In this document: positions 54,401-64,000 of the stretch, piece by piece | Layout of the letters: each line of letters starts with the position of its first letter | Position numbering within the stretch: the first letter of the stretch is position 1 | Origin: Trichoplax adhaerens | Taxonomy: Eukaryota > Animalia > Placozoa | DNA length: 64,000 nt | NCBI RefSeq assembly: GCF_000150275.1 | Contig: NW_002060945.1 | Location: 3,061,172 to 3,125,171, forward strand | Direction of reading: 5' to 3' | The notes under the pieces: generated by a model | The model's input: only the letters and a program-made list of their open reading frames with translations | What the model was told of the DNA's origin: nothing | The model's database searches: none | Program-made: the position numbers and the translations under genes

Positions 54401-55226
54401 GGCGAGAGGGAACCGCCAAGCATTCGTTCAATTACCTTTTATTGGACTCACGTATTACAAAGTAACTTAAATAAAGGGACCAGTAATCTTGATTGTACAC
54501 CATGCATATTCTATAAACATAGCTTAAAATTTACTGTATCTTCTAGAAATCTACCTTCACGAAGCAAGGGATGTAGCGACACCGAGCTGATGAAAGATTT
54601 TATACGAGCTGTATTCTACATCGGTAAAGGTCAGAAAGCGCGGCCATTTGCTCATTTTTATGAAGCTATAAAAGCAACAGACTCTCCAGCTAAGGTATTC
54701 AATAAATGCTATCAGCTATTTTAGCAATAAATAATAAATTCGTTGTATCGAATTAAATGATTGCAAGTCCCTTGTAAATAACAAAAGTATCATTTGTTGT
54801 TAGAAATCTGGAAAGAAAGTTGAGCGAATCCAAGAAATTTGGAATGAAGGACTTGGTATTATATCTCTCCATTGCTTTCAAAGTGTCATACCGGTTGAAG
54901 CTTATACAAGAGAGGCAGCAATGATCGACGCTATAGGTAAATTGAAGACTGGATTGAACCAACATCTAGGATGTAATATTTTTAAAATTGCTTGCTTGTC
55001 AAAATAGTTGTGATTCTAAGATTATCTTCTCTTTTCAGGTATAAGTAATTTAACTAATGAAAGGAAAGGTGATTATTACGGCGTAGCTAGAACATGGGTA
55101 CACGTGAAACGGCGTAAATTAGGAGCATATCTCTTGTATCGTGCTATGAAAATATTATTAAATGAAGGCGAGAGACCGCTATTTCAAGGGGATTTTCACA
55201 AACGCAATAAGAGTACTAATACCTAA
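51442..55226 (+). CDS. ANKLE1: Ankyrin repeat, LEM domain and GIY-YIG endonuclease (LEM-3 orthologue), 6 exons, ~783 aa
   Basis: Exons 51442-51500, 52479-54124 (ankyrin repeats GADPN...GLTPLHVAAAW; LEM SNDKIRQELKDYGEIPGPITATTKKVY), 54284-54461 (WREGTAKHSFNYLLLDSR), 54547-54694 (FYIGKG..ARPFAH), 54804-54936 (EAYTREAAMIDA), 55039-55226 (LTNERKGDYYG...EGER). Confidence 0.95.
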
Positions 55227-56541
55227 ATCTTTCCGTATTAATTAACATAATATCTTTAATCGGTATTGCGGTTGTTTTTAATTAGGATATTCCAGTTATA
55301 TTACCTACTTTAAATTAAATAATTGTAATCTTTTATGACTCTACCTGCCAAATGAGCCATTTCTAAAAATAGAAATGTGTTTCAGATTTTTATAACGCTT
55401 ACGAAGGTTAAAAATATGTGCAGTATATAGTTGCAAAGATACTAGGACGATTATGGAAGCTCTGTAACAAATAGAAGCCAAATATCGATTATGTCATTAT
55501 CAAACGTGACAGATAAATTTATCCTCAGACTCGTATAACTAGTGTATAAATGTGTAATTTTATAGTACATAAAGTAATTAATAAGGTACTGGATTTTGTT
55601 CGAAATTCGATAAAATTATGTAAATAGCAATATCTTAAAACTCAAGTTACCGGTTTTAAATAATCTTATATCCTTCAAACTTAAAATAGTATTGTAAAAT
55701 TTAAAATGATAAAAAAATATCATTTGGATTCTAATTACGAGGGTTTAAGATGCTGTATTTGTTGCTAATGTTTTCAATTTTTTAAGGTAAATAGCATCCA
55801 ATGAATATAACCATATAAATACATATGGGCATATGTTACAACTATCTTAATTTATATAGCATGTATTACATTCTGTTCCTAGAACATCCTATTCCCGCTG
55901 GATTAATCGTTAGCATTAATACATACGACTGATACGAGTACACCTATACAGACTCTCAAGCATTTTTATATTTAAATACTGTCAAGAATTACAAATGTTA
56001 CGTCACAGCGAATGTCTTGGCCGAGCTTCTCTATTTACGATTTAAGCACCTGTTTTATTTTAGATTTATTAAATTGATGATGTCAAGATGGTATATTATA
56101 AAGTATTACTATTGTGCAAAGCCGAATCATATAAATATTGTACGAGTATAACTACGATATGAGCCAGTTCTCTTTAGAGTGCTATCAGGCAAAATAAATT
56201 GTAGTAAAGCTGCAAAATTTGCCTAAAATTCTATACATGCAGATAGATGAAAGTTATTCAGCTTTATATTCGTATAATTTTTATTACATTTTTATTCACT
56301 CTCGTGATTTTAGGGCACCTTACAGTACTCTGATTCGAACTGGTTCACACTGTACATATCTGTGTACTATTAAATAGAGTCAAAATAAAATTCCAGCTTC
56401 TGCTTTAATTGAAGGCTTTACATATTAATAACTTGTTGTCAACACCAACTGTACGCAGCCATCACACACCTGTTGGTCTATGTTAAGACAAATATAAGTA
56501 TATATCTACAGTAGTATATATGTTACTGTTCATGGCAGTAC

Positions 56542-56586
56542 CTGTCCGCACGTCCGTCTGAACGTAAAAAGCCGGACATCGGACAG
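56542..56586. other. GC-rich imperfect hairpin in the FAM227 upstream region
   Basis: ctgtccg-cac-gtccg ... cggac-at-cggacag inverted arms. Confidence 0.6.
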
Positions 56587-56709
56587 CCCATAGACTGGAT
56601 CAGAGACTGTACCGTATTGTATTCGATCTTTAAGCTCCATCCAATTACGTAAGAGGTTTTGTATGAACTTTAGGTAAGACATGAAATACTATAGCAATCC
56701 TTACCAGAG

Positions 56710-56723
56710 GTTACCATGGATTC
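56710..56723. promoter_or_regulatory. RFX X-box-like motif GTTACCATGGATTC upstream of FAM227
   Basis: Close match to GTTNCCATGGNAAC, ~600 bp upstream of the ATG. Confidence 0.45.
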
Positions 56724-57325
56724 CAAGCATTATTTATTTGTGCGCAGTGATTCTATTAAAGCATTATACAGTATAATACTATAACGTTTAAAATATATAC
56801 AGTAGACTAAAAGCAGACTGTATATGGTTGACAATAATTAATTGAAATTGAAATTGCAAGATTGCTATTTTATAAATACTGTTGTTAACTTAAGTAAGTT
56901 TCGTTTTACTGTTCGTTATTGATTCCTTCATATGTGTATTCATGTAATAAGCGATGAACCAGGTGCGTATTCTCAACTATAAGTACTGTACATATAAGAC
57001 TAAACTACTTGCAAATTTTTGATCCGCTAATCACTTTAAATATTACTAGTTGATATTATGGTTAGATTTTTCAGCTCTAGTCGATATAATATTGTTGAGC
57101 AGAAATGAATTAAAGTAGTTATTTGTTAATAACGTTATTTCACATCACTTATTTACATCACCTACTGATATCGTAATTTCCAGGATCGCTGATTGCAAAG
57201 TTCGATGGTTGAAACTCAAATCATTTACATAAACTCCAACACTATCCTATATATTGGGACGAATAATATAATAGATCAATAGACTGATAGCATAGTAATT
57301 TAACTACCCATCAGATATATCTATA

Positions 57326-60300
57326 ATGTTAAATCAAAGTGGAGACAATACGACTAGTAAAGAAGACGCAGCTACTGCAGATGGTAATCCACCGCATGGC
57401 TTAAATCGGACTAAAAAGGTTCGAGATCAAGACCCTGTTAAAACTCTCGATGAATGGATGATTCGAAATAAGCTCACAGTGTGGCCAAAGTCTCGTAGAG
57501 GTGAAGACACCTTAGGGATTAATAAAGAGGAAGTATTAAATATTTTGGGAACTCCATCAGAAATTAAAGTTGGTCTCGCGAGTTCAGCTCGTATCCTCTA
57601 TACGTTCAACTTGATGTGCAAACTACAATTATAATTATATATTACAAAATCATTCTGTTGCTGTCATTAATAAGCGATATATTAAGTTACTAATTATGAC
57701 ATTAAATTCATTCAAAATCGTTGTTCTTAACTGATCAATTATCACTAGCTCTCAATACATTTTTGATTGATAATGTGATTCAAAGGTTAGAAAACATTGA
57801 AAGTCGATTAAATACCTATACGTCGCAGATCGTAACAACTAAGGCTCCTCCAAGACCTGATAGTATCGCTACATGGATTATTTCAACTAGCAGCTGTAAG
57901 TGGCTTCTGATAAAAGAAACTAGCTAAAATGTCGTTACAAAGTTGTTTATAACATAATAAAAACAATTAGAAGTGCTTGATAGCAGCTATGTTGGCATCT
58001 TCACAAAATTTTTAGGCATTCAGGACTTGGTTAGTGAAGATTCTCACGAACTGAAGTCACTGTCTCAAGATAAGGTCTCCTCTATTCATCAACAGGTATA
58101 GGAGAATATTATCATTTGCCGAATTTCTTAGATTGAGCCGTTTAGGTTATTATAGTAAGTATTAAGTCGACTATTTATTGTATTATAGGCTAAAGGTCTT
58201 AATGGAAGCTATCTAATTAGAATGAGAAATATAAAGGTTAGATTGTATATACTTTGGCTTAAGGGATAGGAAAGTTAAAATTGCAAGTCATATAAGATAT
58301 TGAATACTATATTATAATAATAATGTTCATTTCACTGGCGATATATAATCTTTTGGGGCTGATAATTTAGTTTGCAGTGTATCCTGGATTTACAGACGGC
58401 GAATTAACCCCTCTACCTTGTCAACTGGAACCATTACAAATCCTGTATCGTGTAACTAAATTACAGCATTTTAAAGTAAGATTTGCGTTTTAAAATCTTT
58501 ATTTATCAAACGAATATAGATGTTTCTATTTACAAAACAATGTAAATGTAATAGTAGTCTAAGTTGAAACTTATTCAATCTGTTTCTATGCCGTTAGCCG
58601 GAATTTGAAAAAGAATGGAAAAAGTATTTTATGTCCGATGCTTCAATAGCTATGTTTTTGGTAACAAGTATAGCGATTACTGTATACAATAAAGATATCG
58701 TTACATTTTATAGATGATAGTAAAAGTCAATGTTTTAAACTACTTACTGTATAACATTTTTAAAGTGAAATTGGATACTAATTGATTATATCTATAAAAT
58801 ATTTAAATGGCAGGATATCTTCTGGTGGTTTTTTCTCGAGAATGTATCCGTAAGTCTTGTAATTATGACCACTACGTTTGCATCATTTAATTTTAGCGGC
58901 ATATTTTAATAATATGTTCGTACGTGTGCATTGTCACAACGTTCAATAATGCTTATTCTATAACTTATTCACTTCAATATTAGCCTGATGGCAAAATTCA
59001 AGATCGAATTTTTACTCGAATTTCCGATAGTTACGTGGTTTTGATAACAAAGTTAGCCGATTCTATTAAAGATTTTTTTTACAAGGTAGGGAAGCAAAAT
59101 AGGACTAAACTTTTGTAGATTGGCTTACTTATGATAATTTATCAATTACGATTAGGATCGAATATTCAGATTGTTAAATGTGGTATCTACGGAAATGTTA
59201 ATTAATTTGTCTATTTCGTTTCTAGTATTTTAGCAACTGTTTAGCACAAGCTGCCCATGCTGTCTTTGTAACAGCCTACCCAGAGTCTTTTAAAATGTTT
59301 ATAAGTGAAGAGTTTAGAAGTAACCTATTGAATTATGTATCAGAATGGATCGATGGTATACCAGCCATTTAATGCTATTATTTTATAGATTTGTGTTTTC
59401 GCACACTCAATCCTTTAAATAATTACTAAATTAAAGTATGTTATTTAAAATAATGTGTTGCCGTATTATTGCAGGTTGCCATCCTCCTCCGCGTACTTGG
59501 AGTAAATGGCATATTGATGAACCGAAAAATATTTTAACAAAGCTAGAAAAAGAAAAAAATTTAATGAAAGAAGGATTTAAAGAAGGTAATACAGTATGAT
59601 AAATCATGTTCGAGTAAGAAACATATCTGATCGAAAATTAGTTAGCAATACCTTGAGAATTATCAATTAGATATATGGTTGTACAATCTTCTTCGATTGT
59701 AAGTTTATCTTACCCTTCTTCTAAATATTTTTTATTATCAGTGGTAGCTGCTATTGATTTACCAACAATGGAAAATGCAGCGGTCGATCGTGAAAAACAA
59801 ATAAAAAGTAGAATTTTGTCCAATACAACTCGTACACAATCTACAAGAACTATAAAAGAGCTGGCAAAAAAAGGAAAATTGAAGCCACTGGTAATCGCTA
59901 AAGGCTATTTACATCCATTGAACTTTTAAAGATACTATTGCTATCATTTCTCTATCGAGCTAACAATTATGATAGTATGCTTGCAAGGTTATATTAACAT
60001 GACTCATTTATTTATTCTGCTATAATTTAGTCCCATGTTATCGGCCAAGGAGAAGAATTTCATAAAGTATCGTTTAATGCTAAAGGCCGTAGCCCATTGA
60101 TTACACATTTCTTAAGGAAAAATAATGTGGTTCAAGAGGATACTAGAACAGCTATTAAACTAAGTCGAACTCAAATTGCCAAGCTGCCATATCTTTTTTT
60201 ACCCGTGATGGTTGATTTTTTTTTCTCCTTAGATGTTATTGAATTACTGAAATTTACCGTAATTGATCTAATCAATTTTTAGTCTGTCATTACTGAATTA

Positions 60301-62006
60301 ATGATATATAGAATCGTTCTATTTTTGATTGATGTACCAATTCCTTAACGTAAACACTCCTGAAAATGCATTAACATATCAAGAATTAATTGATGATACC
60401 CAAAAGAAAGCAAAAGTTTTGGATGATGAATATCAAAGGTGAGTCAACTTACTTCTTGTTTCATAGGATAGAGTTCCTCAACGATTGATTGACTAGTAGA
60501 TATAACATATTCTACAACACTCTTACCGTATATAGGCCGATTAGGTATACACTACATAGATTGTGATACTTTTAATTCTGTTAGGCGTTTGTATAAGAAA
60601 GATGACCGTTTGCAGCTTGATATACTCGTCAGCTTTGTTGATATCATTTTTAAGCATCTAATAAGTATTATCCAACTCGAAAGCTGCATATCGCATTCAT
60701 ATCTTCCCTATACTGTACGATATGTACAAACATGTATCAATCTATATTATGCCAGGTTACAGTGATACATCTTAATATGTTAATAGCGCTACCTATTTAA
60801 TATGTCGTTAATTACCATTGTATATATCTATAAATAGATAGCTCATAATTAGTTGTACCATAACGAGTACTCATAAATTATTTATTTACGTTAGATTTTC
60901 ATACACTTAATTGTTGTTTCATACAAGTTTAATCAGACTGATATTTTAGCTCTGTGATATTCTGGATTTATTTGCAGTATGTAAACGAGCCAGTGATGAT
61001 CAAAGTATCAAGGCTTTATTTCAACATTACTACTACGGATTAATTTGTTTTAACTTAGATAGGTCATATTTTGTAAAACATCGAATTCTTTCCTTATTTC
61101 ATTATTCTTATGAGTTATTTTATTCTATACTTGAAATATTCCAAGGGTTGTCTATTCCATCAATCCTTTATTAATTCGACAAGGATTGAGTAAAGTATAA
61201 ATACCGTACCGTACTTGCAGCTCATTGCATTTATACTGCTAGGGTTTACTTTGTAGACTATACTGAACTTGGTAGATAACCCGAAGTAATATCCTCGATA
61301 GTTTATTGTGCTCTTGATTTCCCTTACACAGACACCGTTGGCAGAATATGCTATGGTAGTTCTTAATATTGACAGTTTTGAATGCTTATTGTCAAATTGC
61401 ATATACATATTAATATATTCTACTTTGTACGTTGTTCAACCATGCCTCCATAATTCGTAATATATTAACTGTAGTTTTAAATCTATAAAAATAATAATGA
61501 ATTTTGCTTTTGCACAATGATAGATTGTGTGCTGAAACTGATGACGATATAAGAAATATCAATATTGAAAGAAAAGAAATGGTTAAAGATATTTCAAAGT
61601 GAGTACGGTATAATCACATTTACTGTAAAGAATTATTTTGACCGTTAACTTTGAAGGATTACTGTTATATTCATCTGTGCTTTAATAACTCTGCTATAAT
61701 TTTCGCAATCGATTTTGCTCTTTATTTCTGCATAAATAGCTTTTAATTGTTTAACTGATTTGTTTTTCTTTTACTAATAAACTGTGATCAGTCAAAAGAA
61801 CAATATTTTAAATCAGCCTGGAGAATTAAAGTATTTAAGTGATCAATTAATGGATAAAAAGGTTGGTGTTATTGACAGTAACATTTTATAGTTACCCTAT
61901 CGTGCAATAAACTGCTTGTTTATAAAATAGATGTCAATAAGTAATGTTTAAATGCTGTGATGAAATCTTTGCATAATAACAGATGGCAAAGAAGAGAGAA
62001 AGCTAA
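57326..62006 (+). CDS. FAM227B: FAM227B-like protein (FWWh domain), 16 exons, ~547 aa, with two U12-type introns
   Basis: Exons 57326-57590, 57749-57895, 58016-58095, 58189-58236, 58371-58475 (YPGFTDGELTPLPCQLEP), 58598-58660, 58814-58849 (DIFWWFFL), 58984-59085 (IFTRISDSYV...KDFFYK), 59226-59355 (CLAQA...AYPES), 59475-59585, 59742-59890, 60031-60188 (FNAKGRSPLITHFL), 60358-60438, 61524-61598, 61792-61861, 61983-62006. FAM227A versus B and the exact start are less certain. Confidence 0.82.
57591..57748 (+). other. U12-type GT-AG intron
   Basis: 5' site GTATCCTC, branch site TTCTTAAC at 57724-57731, ~18 nt before the TAG. This donor gives the phase-1 join needed for an open frame. Confidence 0.7.
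60189..60357 (+). other. U12-type AT-AC intron
   Basis: 5' site ATATCTTTT, perfect branch site TTCCTTAAC (60341-60349), AC terminus. Removing it gives in-frame KLPPENALTYQELI. Confidence 0.88.
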
Positions 62007-62669
62007 TATCTGCCGTTAAAATCTGCTTTGATTTTTAGCAAATGCAAAATTATTAAAGTCCGAAATTAGAAAATATTGAGAGCAATGAGTAGACTTTGAT
62101 AGTAAATTATCGGGGATACTTAAAGAGGAGGTATTGGCATGATCTCATCCTACCTGCCTGCCTGTTTAGAAATTTGGAAGCATCTTGACAGAAAATGGAT
62201 GAATGGTTAGATGGATATCATTAACAAGATCAACTCATTGATATCGAATCTATGATTATTTATAATATATTTATGCTGATAGTATAATATGAATGAATAT
62301 TGATATCAAGTACGATAACTCTTTTCTTAAAAATGCTGAAAGTTGTTGGCCCAAATTCGTTCTTATATAATTTTGTAATAATTCAAAATAACTATGTTAT
62401 AATGTTGCGTTATGATAATAAATTGGAGAATCTTAACTTATTGATACCACTATTGAAGTGATGATAGTTCGAATATCGAAAAGAAGAGCGTAAATTAGTG
62501 TTGGTAAAGGAGTAACTATCAGAATTGATTTTCTCACTACTTGATATTCTGCAGTAGCTAGAGAGCTACGTCTGCAATCTGTTTTCAATATTTGCTTCAA
62601 TACATAGAGGACAATTGAACATCCTTTTACAGAATTAATTATAAGTATACTGTATACTCGTATGCATTA

Positions 62670-63510
62670 TCTTCCTCAATTTTTACTTTTACTCTATTAT
62701 TACCGTCGCTTTTGCCCTATACTATGACTATTGCATATACATTGTATACAGAATTTGTTCTTCATTTTACATATTATAGTTATACGTACATGCATTATGT
62801 TTCAAAATTCTTACTTTTACATCATTAAGGTACTACAGCAGATGTCCTATACTATGACTATCGCATATTGCGTACGGCATTCATTTTTCATGATTTACCT
62901 TCACTACATTCCTTTGCACCCTATATTAGGACTATTGCGTACTTGTTTTCATGACTTATGAGATCGTAATTTACTTTCACTACATTATTTTGCGCTGTAT
63001 ATTAGGATTATTGCTTACTTGTTGTATACGGTAGTTGTTTTCATGACTTATGTGATCATAATTTACTTTCACTACATTACTTTGCGCCCTACAGTATATT
63101 AGGACTATTGCTTACTTGTTGTATAAGGTAGTTATTTTATGACTTATGTGATCATAATTTACTTTCACTACATTGCTTTGCACCCTATGTTAAAACTATT
63201 GCATACTTGTTGTATATGGTAGTTGTTTTCATGACTTACGTGATCATAATTTACTTTTACGACATTATTTTGTATCCTATCTTAGGACTATTGCGTACTG
63301 CTTATACGCAACATTCATTTTTATAGTTTACGTGGCCATAATTTACTTTCACTACTTTACTTTAGGTATATTATGACTACTGTCGCTTATGATATTCGTT
63401 TTCATGATTTATAGGGTTGCAGGTTACTTTTACTCGATTACCTTCTGTCCTCTATTATGATTATTGCATACTTGCTGTATACGCATACGCTATCAGTTTT
63501 CATGATTTAG
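62670..63510. repeat. Minisatellite, ~92-bp unit, about 8-9 diverged copies
   Basis: Unit approx. cataatttactttcactacattattttgcgccctatattaggactattgcttacttgttgtatacggtagttgttttcatgacttatgtgat. The anchor atttactttcactac recurs at ~62969, 63061, 63157, 63249 and 63341. Edge copies are more degenerate. Confidence 0.92.
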
Positions 63511-63639
63511 AGGGTCTTCATCGCCTACCATGCCAAATTTATTCTATAATACAGGTTCTACTCGTATTCATAATCGCAATCATCCTGTCTTTCGGCAGGA
63601 ATAGTCTATATTATTAATCGAAGGCGGTTATGAAGAAGG

Positions 63640-63960
63640 AATGCCGATTATAGATTTTGTAGTTACAACTTGATCAAAGACTTTTGCATGCGGGATAAGG
63701 CAGTCTAATTTAATGGATAAAAAGGAAGACCGAGCTATATAATATATAACTGGATCAAGGTCGAAAGCAGATGAAGGAGTATACTATAGTTGATTGGAGT
63801 ATGAGATTACTTTCGTAAGAATTTATTGCACTACACAAATAGATTGAACTGAAGAATAGTATTATAAAATTCGTGATGAGCTCTTACGAGAAAGAATCTC
63901 GCCCGGGCGATGCAGACGTCATCGAGTAAAGTCGAAAGATCACAAGATCGCAAGATCATA
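63640..63960 (+). mobile_element. Possible decayed Ty3/gypsy gag fragment
   Basis: Stop-interrupted translation pieces ...SKTFACGIRQSNLMDKKEDRAI*YITGSRSKADE, EFIALHK*IE and YKIRDELLRERISPG loosely follow gypsy gag blocks (W...F..FRQASGL..K...LIY.MG.KADD / F...LH / LRDE.IRDRIV.G). Confidence 0.35.
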
Positions 63961-64000
63961 ACGAAAAGCTCTTAAAAAAAATTAGCAGAGCGCAAATCTA

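Noticed and set aside
58844-58852. Third U12 donor (GTATCCG) in FAM227
   Set aside because: It overlaps a perfect U2 donor GTAAGT at 58850 in the same phase, and no strong U12 branch site lies downstream.
62670-63510. CRISPR-like array
   Set aside because: Whole units are repeated with divergence and there are no unique spacers. The context is eukaryotic and no cas genes are present.

Overview
AT-rich eukaryotic (animal) genomic DNA with compact genes and many short (about 65-110 nt) GT-AG introns. The base composition, intron size and gene set suggest a placozoan such as Trichoplax (inference). I reconstructed by hand ten spliced genes with clear animal homologues: STK33 (partial, -), endophilin A (-), ARL15 (+), NDUFS4 (-), MRPL34 (+), SPG21/maspardin (-), ACSBG (+), GBA1 (-), ANKLE1 (+) and a FAM227B-like gene (+). 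Among them is one intronless alpha/beta-hydrolase gene that looks proteobacterial and is a candidate horizontal transfer. Other notable features: (1) two minor-spliceosome (U12) introns, one AT-AC and one GT-AG, in the FAM227 gene; (2) deep synteny with human, including the ARL15-NDUFS4 tail-to-tail pair and the 1q/5q/9/15q/19p paralogon; (3) TAC(A/T)GTA / TGTACA motif clusters and long perfect palindromes concentrated near gene starts; (4) a Helitron/MITE-like remnant upstream of ACSBG; (5) a ~92-bp minisatellite and a probable decayed Ty3/gypsy gag fragment at the right end. I found no tRNA, rRNA or CRISPR features. Homologies are from recognition of the translated sequence, not from database searches.
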